Shown here: positions 27,404 through 39,429 of the stretch, piece after piece
How the letters are laid out: each line of letters opens with the position of its first letter
How positions within the stretch are numbered: the first letter of the stretch is position 1
Assembly (NCBI RefSeq): GCF_020745735.1
Contig: NC_083422.1
Coordinates: 9,982,001 to 10,046,000 of the forward strand
DNA: 64,000 nucleotides
DNA from: Hemiscyllium ocellatum
Taxonomy: Eukaryota
Direction of reading: 5' to 3'
Made by a program: the position numbers and the translations under genes
Notes under the pieces: model-generated
The model's database searches: none
What the model was told of the DNA's origin: nothing
Seen by the model: the letters and a program-made list of their open reading frames with translations, nothing else

Positions 27404-27618
27404 AGTCAAAACGTGGGGGGGCAGGAAAAGCACAGCAAATCAGGCAGCATCCGAGGAGCAGGAGGGTCTACGTTTCAAGCATAAGCTCTTCATCTTCCCG
27501 ATGAAGGGCTTATGCCCGAAACATCAACTCTCCTGCTCCTCGGATGCTGCCTGACCTGCTGTGCTTTTCCAGTGCCATATGTTTTGACTCTGATCTCCAG
27601 CATCTGCAGTGCTCACTT
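27404..27618. mobile_element. PLE family A palindromic mini-element
   Basis: Inverted arms of about 90 bp meeting at cttcatc-ttccc-gatgaag; 3' tail; TSD tctctc[a/c]aagttcag at 27389-27403 and 27619-27633. Confidence 0.88.
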
Positions 27619-27714
27619 TCTCTCCAAGTTCAGTATAAATTATTACACAGTATCCCTGGATATACCTTTAAAACCAGCTAAAGCTACTCAATAGGTGGAT
27701 TGGCCATGCTAAAT

Positions 27715-28030
27715 AGATTAGATTAGATTACCTACAGTGTGGAAACAGGCCCTTCGGAAACCAGTCCACACCAACCCTCCGAAGAGTAACCCACCCAGAC
27801 CCATTCCCTTTGACTAATGCACCAAACACGATGGACAATTTTCAGCATGGCCAATTCACCTGACCTGCACATCTTTGGATTGTGGGAGGAAACCGGAGCA
27901 CCCTAAGGAAACCCACGCAGACACAGGGAGAATATGCAAATTCCACATAGACAGTCACCTGAGGCTGGAATCGAACCTGGGTCCCTGGTGCTGTGAGGCA
28001 GAAGCGCTAACCACTGAGCCACCGTGCAGC
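27715..28030 (-). mobile_element. HE1-type V-SINE nested in a partial plus-strand HE1 (27692-27713 and 28031-28180)
   Basis: The plus copy ..gattggccatgctaaat|..|cccataatgtccaggg.. is split by the full minus copy. Confidence 0.88.
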
Positions 28031-30159
28031 CCCATAATGTCCAGGGAAATGTAGGTTAGTAATGGGAAATGCAGGGTTACAGGGATTGCGGGTGGAGATG
28101 GGTCTGGGCAGAATGCTGTTTGGAAGGTCGGTGTGGACTTGATGGGCTGAATGGCCTGTTGCCGCACTGTACAGATTCTGTGATCTTGTCTACCATGTCC
28201 CACTTCCCCATTATAAATTCTCCTGACTCTGCCTGTAATAGACCCACATTTCTTTCAGCCAGAGTTTGTTTTTTTAGCATACCTATAGAAGCTTTCACAG
28301 TCCAGTTTTATGTTTTCTTTTTGAGATTACATTAATATTCTATTCTCTCATCAGTTTCTTGGCCCTCTTCTGTGCTTTCTCAAACCTCCCAATCCTCCAA
28401 TATGCTGCTGTTTCTATCGACTTTTCTTTCAATCTTGGACAATCTTGAACAGTCTTAGTTGGCAAAGCTTGAGTAACATTTATTGAATTTTTTACACCTT
28501 TAAAGAAATGTATTCTTGCTGTAAGTCATGTACTGGTTCATTAAAGACTGGCTATTGTCATGTCTTTTAATGCATTTTCCCATTGCACATCAGCTAATCT
28601 GTGCCTCAAGTCTTCATAATTTCCCTTATTCGCATTAAACCTGCAGAGACAGAAACAGTTTTCCACCCACTTTCATCTCCCTTAACACCCACCTCTCTCT
28701 CATTCTAGAAGGAAAGCAGCCCTCAGTAGAGTTGAGAGAGGGTGGTGGACTACTGGTTATTCAGGTCCTCACCCCTTATGACTCTGGCTGCTCCAAGTGG
28801 CTCACTGACCATGACCAAGTCCCTGGACTGGTATCAGAGACTGCCCATAACTAACTGCCAGGAACCCATGAGTGAAGATTGATTAGACTGTGTCCTGCTA
28901 ACAACTATTGACAAGCTTCCTGGCTTTGTGTCTGCTTTCAACAGCAAGGTAACGCAGAAGCAATAAGAGTCGATTGCTCTGACTGAGCAAACAACGTGAC
29001 AAAGGCTACAAGCATCCGGGCAGGTTCAGAGTGAGTGCTACGTCAGCGAGTGACAAGCCTGGCCCAGTCCATGAGCTGGGTCTGTATCCCTGAGTGCACA
29101 ATGTTGTTGCTGCAGCATTACAGAGAGAGTTGAACATGTGGCACCAAAGTGCAAGAGTGTCCTCTCAGGGGACTGGAGGTGTGCCATTGAAGGTTCTTAG
29201 CTGCTGGCACACAGCAGATGTCAAAGTCTCTGGTCTTGGGGTGGGGGAGGGGGGAAAGAGTGCATCCTGTGTGGAGATGGAACATGCCCTGAGATAGACG
29301 CCCAGGGTCCAACATGGAGCTCATTTAGAGCAAGCTGAATTGGCCAGGTACCTGTCCTGGTTTCCACATTAGGTTTTCTCAACATCCGGTTCGTTTGGTA
29401 ATACAGGAAGGCGAATATTAACGAGACAAGTCGGACCTTCAATACCACATTTAACAACCACCAATCCCCTTTAACTGGTAACTCATCACTGCCTAGAGAG
29501 AAGCTCACCACGCCTCTTGGGAAAAGCAATGAAGATGGAGCAGGATGTGATAGGCCTCACCAGAAATCTTGTCACAACTCCTAACATAGCCCACATCACT
29601 CAAACCTTTTACATTATGCTCTTGGCAATTTTAATACTTCAAACCTTATTTCTTCAGAAGAAATAAAGGCTAGTTGGCACGTTTTAATTGTTTGGTTTGA
29701 ATAAAACTCAGATTGAAGAGTCAAGCACATCCAAATATCTACTGTCGCATCTTTTACACGCGAGGGAATTCAAACATTCTCTTCACATTCCTCTCATAAT
29801 CCATTCAACAAAAAGAATATGTTAGCTGATAGAAATAAAATAAAACGCCACATTGTAATCATTAGAAGAAGAAAGCGCTTAAGTACAATGTTGGCGAAAG
29901 GGGCCTGACTGGAGTTTGCAATCCGTCAGTCTTTGTCAGTGGTTCTTTTGTAATTCCTGCACAGGTACGAGAGACTGGGACATTAATCCTGTGGCTTTAC
30001 TCTCATCACTACCTCCTTATAAAGGATCCCTAATATATGAACACAATATTACAATTGGTACACATTGCCCAGTACACACACGTGGAATTCTAAATCACAT
30101 ATTTCTCAGTGTTTTTTCTAAATTAATAATAAATGTCATTTATCATCCCAAATCAATTC

Positions 30160-30440
30160 CGTATTTTTAACAAATTGTTTATGGGATGCAGGTGTTGCTG
30201 GTTGGACCAGTATTTATTGCCTGCCGAATTATCCCTGGAGGTAGTGGCTTGCTGCCTTCTTGAAGTCTTTGGGGTTACACAGACACCCACAGTGCTGTTA
30301 AGGAACAGTGTTTGAGGACTGAGACCCAGCAACAGTTCTAAGTCAGGATGATGTGGGGCTCAGCAGATGGTGATGCCTCTCCAGATTCTAGAAACTCTAT
30401 CAATATCCTGAACAGGGGCATCTGGAAAGTTTTAGCAAAC
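30160..30440 (-). mobile_element. L2-group LINE 3' end
   Basis: Reverse complement resembles 61870-61990 (gcaataaatactggtcca.., catccc). Confidence 0.55.
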
Positions 30441-30795
30441 AAGCACTGGAAACCAGATGGGTGCAAACCAATGAATATTTCTTGTGTGCACAGAGGCCTC
30501 CGTTAGAACTTTATTCCCTCAGGGTCCACGTCCATCTGATCTGACATCACCGATATTAACCCTTTATTCTACAAAAATCAGCTATAAACTGTTAGGATTT
30601 GTTATCATCCCAGTCACAAGGCTCATGAAATAAATCACTTCAGCAACTCATGTCTTAGCTCACAAGTAGTGACCAAGTAGTAACTATCTTCATGGAAGGC
30701 AGCAGCTTTAATTAGAATGGCTCAAGACCAGGCATGCATTGGAAAGTTTCCTTGCAGTGTGACAATGACGTAGCTTTAATAGGATAGTTCATCCT

Positions 30796-30937
30796 NNNNN
30801 NNNNNNNNNNNNNNNNNNNNNNNNNNNNNNNNNNNNNNNNNNNNNNNNNNNNNNNNNNNNNNNNNNNNNNNNNNNNNNNNNNNNNNNNNNNNNNNNNNNN
30901 NNNNNNNNNNNNNNNNNNNNNNNNNNNNNNNNNNNNN
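30796..30937. other. Assembly gap (N run)
   Basis: Run of n characters. Confidence 1.
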
Positions 30938-31513
30938 GAGAGTGAAAGAGAGGTGCCAAGCTGACTCCTGAAGATGACCTGAGTAAATAGCTCAGGACAT
31001 CTTGGGTTTTTTTTAAAAAATAACCTGAAAGAATGTGGCCAGCTCTGACCGTTCCAGCTTTCTGGGTTTCAGTTTCTTCGGTAACATCTGAAGCTACTGG
31101 GGTCTCAACAGAGTTAGAAGCTTCAGTGAATGTCTCCTAGCTGCTACTCTCTCTGAATTTTCCCTTGATGGTTTTTCCATCCCTGGATTGGAGAACAGCC
31201 TGCAAGAACCTGTGCCTGAATTTTCCTTATTTGCCAAGGGGTGTGTTGATGGGATGTTACTATTATGGAACAGTTTATTAGCAATAGCTACTGTATCTAT
31301 TATTCTGTTAAGTTTTCCAATAGTTAAGTTATTCTAAATTCCTCTTTCTTCAGTTGTATTTTAACTACAGTGTTTTGCTTAACATCAAGTAGATTAACCA
31401 GCCACACTGCACCTGGAACAAGCACTTTAACATAGGAAAACGTTAGGCTACCTTCTTAAAATATTAAGAGGAGATCTGGTCTGGTCTGGTCTGGTCCAGT
31501 CAGGTCCATAACA
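30938..31513 (+). mobile_element. LTR-like element 3' part (5' end hidden in or before the gap)
   Basis: Ends ..ggtctggtccagtcaggtccataaCA; shares motifs with 57033-57739 (ggggtgt.t.atggg..tgtt, taagtta, ggtctggc..tccataa). Confidence 0.55.
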
Positions 31514-31714
31514 AAAGAAAGTGACTAAAAGCTTAATGTTACCATTATATTCATATGCAACATCTACAGGGAACAAGATTTGACTAAGTGCTCCAGAATC
31601 GGTGATTTTCAATTTTACAGCAATTAATGTCACTGCAATGGTAAACCGGTAGACTTTAGTCTTACTTTCCAAACAGTCCGATTGGTTAGTTGTGATGGAT
31701 TCCAAGTAAGACAC

Positions 31715-32605
31715 CAAAACTGGAGGTCCAGTGGACAGCGAAGGAGGTTACCTCAGAGTACAATGGGATCTTGATCAGATGGGCCAATGGGCTGAGAAGT
31801 GGCAGATGGAGTTTAATTTAGATAAATGCGAGGTGCTGCATTTTGGAAAACCAACTCAGGGAAGGGCTTATACACTTAATGTAAGGTCCTGGGAATGTTG
31901 GTGACCAAATAGATCTTGCAGTGCACATTCATAGCTCCTTGAAAGTAGAGTTGCAGGTAGACAGGACAGTGAAATATACATTTGGTATGCTTTCCTTTAT
32001 TGGATAGAGTACTGAGTACAGGAGTTGGGAGGTCATGTTGTGGCTGTACAGGACATTGGTTCTGCCACTTTTGGGATATTGTGTGCAATTCTGGTTTCCT
32101 TCCTATCAGAAAGATGTTGTGAAACTTGAAAGGGTTCAGAACAGATTTACAAGGATGTTGCCAGGGTTGGAGGAGTTGAGATCTAGGGGAGGTTGAATAG
32201 GCTGGGGCTGTTTTTCCTGGAGCGTCAGAAGCTATGGGCTAGATAAACCTATAGAGGTTTATAAAATCATGAGGGGCATGGACAGGGTACATAGACAATG
32301 GTCTTTTCCCTGGGGTGGAGGAGTCCAAAACTAGAGAGCATAGGTTTATGGTGAGAGGGGAAAATTTTAAAAGGGTCCTAAGGGGCAACTTTTTCACACA
32401 GAGGTTGTTGTGTGTATGAAATGGGCTGCCAGAGGAAGTGGTGGAGACTGATACAATTAGAACATTTAAAAGGCATCTGGGTGGGTATATGGATAGGGAG
32501 GGTTTAGAGGGATATGGGCCAGGTGATGGAAAACGGGACTAGATTAGGTCTGGATATCTGGTTGGACTGAAGGGTCTGTTTCTATGCTGTACATGTCTAT
32601 GACTC
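31715..32605 (+). mobile_element. CR1/HER1-like LINE 3' about 900 bp
   Basis: TKTGG..LQWDLDQMGQWAEKWQMEFNLDKCEVLH; tail atgtctatgactcta. Confidence 0.92.
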
Positions 32606-32729
32606 TAATGATTAATATTTACTGCCTTCAGTATTTTGAAAACTGCAGAGGACAAGTATTAAGGTTTGAAGTACTATCTGCACAAGACACTGATGGCGGC
32701 ATCCATTTTCCACTTTTTCTGGTCTTTTA

Positions 32730-33045
32730 GGGGCGATATGGTGGCTCAGTGGTTAGCACTGCTGCCTCACAGCACCAGGGACCCGGGTTCAATCCCAGCC
32801 TTGGGCGATTGTCTGTGTGGAATTTGTACATTCTCCCCGTGTCTGCGTGGGTTTCCTCCAGGTGCTCCGGTTTCCCTCCCACAGTCCAAAGATGTGCAGG
32901 TCAGGGTGAACTGACCTTGGTAAATTGCCCGTAGTGTTAGATGCATTAGTCAGAGTGAAATGGGTTTGGGTGGGTTACCCTTCGGCAGGTCGGAGTGGAC
33001 TTGTTGGGCCAAAGGGCCTATTTACACACTGTAGGGAATCTAATC
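32730..33045 (+). mobile_element. HE1-type V-SINE
   Basis: Head, V-domain and tail present. Confidence 0.9.
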
Positions 33046-33579
33046 CACACCACCACCAATTTTTTAAATCTTCAGACATTTTAATTATCAAACAAAATTA
33101 GATGCTGAGGAATATAAAAAAGGAAGAAGTCGCCAAAAATCTGGACCGAGAGATAGAAAAATCTGTTTGTTACTAGATATGGATCGTAAACCAGCATCTA
33201 ACCTGTCCATTTGGGAATGATACAGATCGTTTGATGAACTTTTTGGCGGATTTGAACTTTGTTTTGAAGTGAAACTTTTACTGATATTTAAATATTACTT
33301 TACATGACTCCCATGCTGACCTCAGTTTCGAGTTTCCAGTTTACCATCTCCCTCTCGTGAAGGGAGTGCCAAGCGCGAGCATCATCAGCAGCAGCCTCTT
33401 TGGTTGGTGACACAAGTTGCGGCTCACTGAACTTAACAGCAGCAGCACGATCTGTGAATCCAATCATTTAACCAAGAACTTGGCCTCCTTCACATTCTAC
33501 ACCACTTGCCTAAAAAAATAAACCCCCACCAAATTAAAATAATACACAACAATCTGAAATGGACAATGCTAGATTCCTA

Positions 33580-33890
33580 ACGTTCTCCTCCATCAAGCAG
33601 AAGATACAAAAGTTTGAAAAAACACACACACAGCACCCACCTCCCCCACCCTCCGAAAGGTTCAACAACAGCCTCTTCCCTGCCGTTATTAGACAGCTGA
33701 ATGGACTCTCTAACTTGAGATGATGTTGATCTTGCTTTGTGCATCTCCTATGTAGTTGTAATCTTGTGTGCTTTGCTTTAGGTACTTTATGATCTGTACG
33801 CCTTTGTTTGCTATGATCTGCCTGTACTGCTCGCAAAACTAAGCTTTTCACTGTACTTAGGCACATGTGGCTGCAATAAATCAATTCAAA
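33580..33890 (+). mobile_element. Rex1/Babar-type LINE 3' end
   Basis: PSSRRYKSLK..RFNNSLFPAVIRQLN; tail ttttcactgtacttaggcacatgtg..aataaatcaattcaa. Confidence 0.75.
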
Positions 33891-35422
33891 CTTAGCAACT
33901 GTAACATGTTTATTACCATCACTGTTATTGCTATTAGACGACTAAACAGGCTTTGATGACCGAGCTTTTCTGTGTGGCCTTGTGTCAAATTTTGTTCAAT
34001 GAAATGATCCTGTGGAGTATTTCACCTCTAACTCTTGGAAGTTGACTGTAGACAGCATTAAGTAATATAACCTCAACTGAGTTACCCTCTTTATCAAATG
34101 GGCACTTTTGTGACATTTCACTAGCAGTTGTTGACATTTCACTAGCAGAACAGCGAAGGTGTACAAACTCTCGTAGCTGGGAGTGCGCCTAAGTCTAAGC
34201 AGCTGATGGCATTCAGTTCCTGAACAGCTTACATCTAAATCAAATGCTCTGTACAATCCAATTCTGAAAGCTTTGTTGGCCTAAGATTATTAATGGCAAA
34301 TCCATACAAGCAGCACCATTTGCATAGGGCATGAAAATCCCCTGTGCAAATCTTTGCTGTGTCTGCTTGCTTTTTAACTTGGAATGCAGCAGAGCTAGTT
34401 TGCACTAACTTGTTGACTAATGGAAGCATGCAGTAATGCTGACACTTTCAGTGAATGCAATGAGAAATACACACCGTGTTTCCAAATTAATAATACTTCA
34501 AAATAGATTCAATAGATCTTCCTAGACAAAACACCTACTCTAACAAATGTTATAAACCATACAACCACACAATTAATAATGACTTAACACAGTCTTGTAC
34601 CAATTGCCTGCAATGTGAGTAAACATTGCAATTCGTAATAACATTTTTTTTATATTAAGTGCATCCCATTAAGCTCAAAAAATCAGCAAGTACCACTGTT
34701 GCATTTTTATAGGACCGTACCAAACACCAGATTGTACTATTTTCATTTTGCAATGCATGATCATATATTGAAATCATTTTGTTGGAAGATGAGGACTTGG
34801 CCAGTGAATGTTTGTATTTAAACAATGCATGACAAGTGAGGTTATCCAATATTCAATTACTTTCAGCCTTCAACTCTGAATATGACGACAAACAGATAAA
34901 TATTTTTTCAGCTGGAGTTAATGAAGCACACATTCAGACATACATGGCAACATACACACGCTGATATACACATCTGGATTCTTTCTTAACTCAGCTTTAT
35001 GCATCAAAATTAATCTGACATCTAATACACACATTAGCAGCATTAATATCAAATTGGACACACTATGCTATCATTCAAAGTAAATAATTTAGATTCACTC
35101 CAGCACTCGCCTGCTTCTTGAGTATTAATTCCATATAAATCAACTGCCCTTCCTTGCAGTTTTAATTTCTAGGAAGTTGAGCTACATTGCTCAATGTAGC
35201 TTATACTATTTGGTAATTTCACAAGATTATACAAGTACCCTGCCATCATAACTTTATACATTATCAATCAACTCACCCTTAAGAGTCAAATTTAATCTGC
35301 CAACATAATGATGTGATCAATTCACATTGGCTTCAATTCTTTATCTGGAGCAGATCTTTCATTTCAGCTCTGGTGCTGTTAAGGAATGGGGTGTCATCCA
35401 TCTTTGAAGGCACTGCAGACCA

Positions 35423-35845
35423 GCAGTAACCTGGACCAATCCAAGGAGGGCAATAATTATAAATAGTTTCCAATTGCACACTGATTTCAGAGATGATGTG
35501 GAGGTGTCAGGATTGGACTGGAGTTGTCAAAGTCAGAAGTCACATAGCACCAGGTTATAGTCCAACAGGTTTATTTGAAATCACAAGCTTTCAAAGCGCT
35601 GCACCTTCATCACAAGAAGTGATTTCACCGGATGAAGGAGCAGCGCTCCAAAAGCCTGTGATTTCAAATAGACCTGTTGGACTATAACCTGGTGCTGTGT
35701 GACTTCTGACTCTGTCCACTCCAGTCCAATCCTGGCACCTCCACATCATCTCTGTAATCAGTGTGCCATTGGAAACTATTTATAACTATTGCCCTCCTTG
35801 GACCGTTCCAATTTACTGCAATATAACCTGTTGTGTGACTTCTGA
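35423..35845. mobile_element. PLE family C palindromic element (arms about 190 bp) with decayed hammerheads
   Basis: 35423-35611 is the reverse complement of 35631-35819; core tcac-cggatga-a-ggagc-agc-gctcc-aaaagcct-gtga. Confidence 0.8.
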
Positions 35846-35929
35846 ACAAAACTAAATTACAAATCTCTCTCCCTAAGAATCCACTGCTCCCTGTATGCAG
35901 TTGCCATAAGAGATGTCAGTCTTTTGCTG

Positions 35930-36190
35930 TGCCTAAGACTTCTGTATTGTACTGAGGGAGTGCAGCACTGTTGCTGTCTTTCCAATGAGACATTAATTTC
36001 AGACACCTTCCCAGGTGCATGCAAGAGACCGTCATGACATTTGTCAAAGACATTCAGGATGTTCCCAGCTGTGTGCAAGCTGACCGATGTGCCTCACAAC
36101 AATGATTATATTTTACAAGCATTTCATTCACTGTGAAGTACATTGGTAGATCCTGAAGTCCTCCAAGGCATTATATAAACACAAATTCCA
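35930..36190 (+). mobile_element. Deu-domain SINE fragment
   Basis: gtactgagggagtgcagcactgtt..tgtctttc..atgagacattaa; tail gtgaagtacattggtagatcctgaagtc..ggcattatataaacacaa. Confidence 0.65.
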
Positions 36191-36432
36191 AAAGATGCCA
36201 TCTGACAATGGAGTGACAATGATTGTTCAGCTACAATGTGGATCAGACACTTCCCACAGCATTTCCAAACAATAAATATTGATCTATATCATTTATAAAT
36301 TTAAATATTACATTATTTATTGCACTATGACACATCACACAGTGGTCTCAAATCTACCATCAGCCGTGTTATACGGTACACGGACCTCAGAGCGAAGAGC
36401 AGGATTGATGGACCACAGTCTCTACTCCACAT

Positions 36433-36710
36433 ACGGCACAGTGGCTCAGTGATTAGCACTGCTGCCTCACAGCGCCAGGGACCCAGGTTTGAATCCACGC
36501 TCGGGTGACTACCTGTGTGGTGTTTACACATTCTCCCTGTGCCTGCATGGTTTCCTCCAGTTTTGTCCCACAGTCCAAAGATGTGTAGGTTAGGTGGTTT
36601 AGTCATGGGAAATGCAGGGTTACAGGATGTGGTAGAGGCTTGGGTCTGGGTGAGATGCTCTTTGGAGTCTCTGCACCGAATGGCCTGCTTCCACACTGCA
36701 GGGATTCTGT
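36433..36710 (+). mobile_element. HE1-type V-SINE (diverged)
   Basis: Head ggcacagtggctcagtgattagcactgctgcc; tail ctgcagggattctg. Confidence 0.85.
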
Positions 36711-37014
36711 CAAAACACCTCTTTATTATGCAATGACAAGTTCAGTGCTTTCTCATCCAAGATCTCTGTACTGTAATGCATTTTGTAAACTGGTACAAGA
36801 ATAACTTATTTTTTACTTGAAATCACCCACAGACTGCTTCTAACCTGTGGTCATTATCCCTTCCAGGAGATTACTGTGCTCAGTGTATGTGGAAATAAAG
36901 TTATAATTGGGAATTTAAGTCAACCAAACACCCAGGAAATTAAAGTCTGGTTGAAGATTTGTAGCTCGGGTGTCCGTTGTTGTGGTTCTGTTCGCCGAGC
37001 TGGAAGTTTTTGCT

Positions 37015-37054
37015 GCAAACGTTTCGTTCCCTGGCTAGGGAACATCATCAGTGC
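37015..37054 (-). ncRNA. Minimal type I hammerhead ribozyme motif in the pLTR
   Basis: GCA-CUGAUGA-U-GUUCCCU-AGCC-AGGGAAC-GAAAC-GUU-UGC. Confidence 0.8.
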
Positions 37055-38037
37055 TATTGGAGCCTCCTGTGAAGCGCTGCTTTGATGTTTCTTCCGGTAT
37101 TTATAGTGGTTTGTTCTTGCCGCTTCCGGGTGTCAGTTTCAGCTGTAGTAGTTTGTATGTGGGGTCCAGGTCGATGTGTCTGTTGATGAATGTTCTTGCC
37201 GCTTCCGGGTGTCAGTTTCAGCTGTAGTGGTTTGTATATGGGGTCCAGGTCTATGTGTCTGTTAATGGAGTTTGTGGATGAATGCCATGCCTCTAGGAAT
37301 TCCCTGGCTGTTCTCTGTCTGGCTTGTCCTATGATGGTAGTGTTTTCCCAGTCAAATTCATGTTCCTGGTTGTCTGAGTGTATGGCTACTAGGGATAGCT
37401 GGTCGTGTCGTTTTGTGGCTAGCTGATGTTCATGGATGCGGATTGTTAGCTGTCTTCCTGTTTGTCCTATATAGTGTTTTGTGCAATCCTTGCATGGTAT
37501 TTTGTAAACTACGTTAGTTTGGCTCGTGCTGGCTATTGGGTCCTTTATTCCAGTGAGTTGTTGTCTGAGTGTGGAAGTTGGCTTGTGTGCTGTTATGAGT
37601 CCTAAGGGTCGCAGTAGTCTGGCTGTCAGTTCTGAGACGCTCCTGACGTATGGTAGTGTGGCTAGTCCTTTTGGTTGTGGCATGTCCTCGTTCCGTGGTC
37701 TATCTCTTAGGCATCTGGTGATGAAGTTGCGTGGGTATCCGTTTTTGGCGAATACCTTGTATAGGTGTTCCTCTTCCTCTTTTCGCAGTTCTGGTGTACT
37801 GCAGTGTGTTGTGGCTCTTTTGAATAGTGTCCTGATGCAGCTTCGTTTGTGTGTGTTGGGGTGGTTACTTTCATAGTTTAGGACTTGGTCTGTGTGTGTT
37901 GGTTTCCTGTGTACCCTTGTGGTGAATTCTCCGTTGGGTGTTCTCTCTACTAACACGTCTAGGAATGGGAGTTGGCTATCCTTTTCCTCTTCTCTCGTGA
38001 ATCGTATTCCTGTGAGTGTGGCGTTGATGATGAACAC
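37054..38037 (-). CDS. Truncated PLE polyprotein: RT thumb/C-terminus plus GIY-YIG endonuclease (open frame; the start is a junction artefact)
   Basis: IRFTREEE..LPFLDV..VHRKPTHTDQVLNYESNHP; NGYP; NVVYKIPCKDCTKHYIGQTGRQLTIRIHEH (GIY-YIG); REFLEAWH..NSINR. Confidence 0.85.
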   Translation of the reverse strand: MFIINATLTGIRFTREEEKDSQLPFLDVLVERTPNGEFTTRVHRKPTHTDQVLNYESNHPNTHKRSCIRTLFKRATTHCSTPELRKEEEEHLYKVFAKNGYPRNFITRCLRDRPRNEDMPQPKGLATLPYVRSVSELTARLLRPLGLITAHKPTSTLRQQLTGIKDPIASTSQTNVVYKIPCKDCTKHYIGQTGRQLTIRIHEHQLATKRHDQLSLVAIHSDNQEHEFDWENTTIIGQARQRTAREFLEAWHSSTNSINRHIDLDPIYKPLQLKLTPGSGKNIHQQTHRPGPHIQTTTAETDTRKRQEQTTINTGRNIKAALHRRLQ

Positions 38038-39020
38038 ACCGAATCATCAACGCCACACTCACAGGAATACGATTCACGAGAGAAGAGGAAAAGGATAGCC
38101 AACTCCCATTCCTAGACGTGTTAGTAGAGAGAACACCCAACAGAGAATTCACCACAAGGGTACACAGGAAACCAACACACACAGACCAAGTCCTAAACTA
38201 TGAAAGTAACCACCCCAACACACACAAACGAAGCTGCATCAGGACACTATTCAAAAGAGCCACAACACACTGCAGTACACCAGAACTGCGAAAAGAGGAA
38301 GAGGAACACCTATACAAGGTATTCGCCAAAAACGGATATCCACGCAACTTCATCACCAGATGCCTAAGAGATAGACCACGGAACGAGGACATGCCACAAC
38401 CAAAAGGACTAGCCACACTACCATACGTCAGGAGCGTCTCAGAACTGACAGCCTGACTACTGCGACCCTTAGGACTCATAACAGCACACAAGTCAACTTC
38501 CACACTCAGACAACAACTCACTAGAATAAAGGACCCAATAGCCAGCACGAGCCAAACTAACGTAGTTTACAAAATACCATGCAAGGACTGCACAAAACAC
38601 TATATAGGACAAACAGGAAGACAGCTAACAATCCGCATCCATGAACATCAGCTAGCCACAAAACGACACGACCAGCTATCCCTAGTAGCCATACACTCAG
38701 ACAACCAGGAACATGAATTTGACTGGGAAAACACTACCATCATAGGACAAGCCAGACAGAGAACAGCCAGGGAATTCCTAGAGGCATGGCATTCATCCAC
38801 AAACTCCATTAACAGACACATAGACCTGGACCCCATATACAAACCACTACAGCTGAAACTGACACCCGGAAGCGGCAAGAACATTCATCAACAGACACAT
38901 CGACCTGGACCCCACATACAAACTACTACAGCTGAAACTGACACCTGGAAGCGGCAAGAACAAACCACTATAAATACCAGAAGAAACATCAAAGCAGCGC
39001 TTCACAGGAGGCTCCAATAG
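38034..39020 (+). pseudogene. Mirror copy of the PLE RT-thumb/GIY-YIG frame with a premature stop
   Basis: Same peptide as the left arm; AGA>TGA at 38454. Confidence 0.9.
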
Positions 39021-39059
39021 CACTGATGATGTTCCCTAGCCAGGGAACGAAACGTTTGC
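39020..39059 (+). ncRNA. Minimal type I hammerhead ribozyme motif in the pLTR
   Basis: Stem I gca/tgc, core CTGATGA at 39023-39029, 7-bp stem II, GAAAC-GTT with palindromic AAACGTTT. Confidence 0.8.
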
Positions 39060-39429
39060 AGCAAAAACTTCCAGCTCGGCGAACAGAACCACAACCCAGG
39101 AAATTAGCAAGTGGTTCAGAGTCCAAGCTAACAAACATAATGTAGGTGATTTCGCAACCAATGGATCAGGGAAAGAGAGATTATATCATCACATGGTAGG
39201 CAATAAACACTGGGGAGGAGCTAAAACTTTGGAAACAAGCTAATATGGTGATGTTTCCAAAATGATGGCCAGCACTGTCTGGGAAATTGTGGATCCGATA
39301 GATTTACAACAATATATTGCAAAAAAAATGGATTTCCATTTCCAAAAAAAATGGATTTCACACACGGAATACTTACATAGAAAAGGACCAAAGTGCATTC
39401 ATAAAATCTTTTTCTACCCTGGCAGTCAC

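Larger units (their letters stand above)
36943..39093. mobile_element. Penelope-like retroelement (Poseidon-type), 5'-truncated, arranged as a 2.15-kb head-to-head inverted duplication
   Basis: Arms 36979-38031 and 38043-39095 are reverse complements with at least 8 substitutions; 36-nt tail at 36943-36978; 13-bp TSD acccaggaaatta at 36930-36942 and 39094-39106. Confidence 0.97.

Noticed and set aside
37526-38884. Paired identical antisense ORFs (MLAIGSFI.., MFLPLPGV..)
   Set aside because: These are antisense shadows of the PLE ORF, duplicated by the palindrome.
36943-39093. DNA transposon with long TIRs, or a fold-back assembly artefact
   Set aside because: It encodes PLE RT/GIY-YIG, has an asymmetric tail and a 13-bp TSD, and shows independent substitutions in the two arms.
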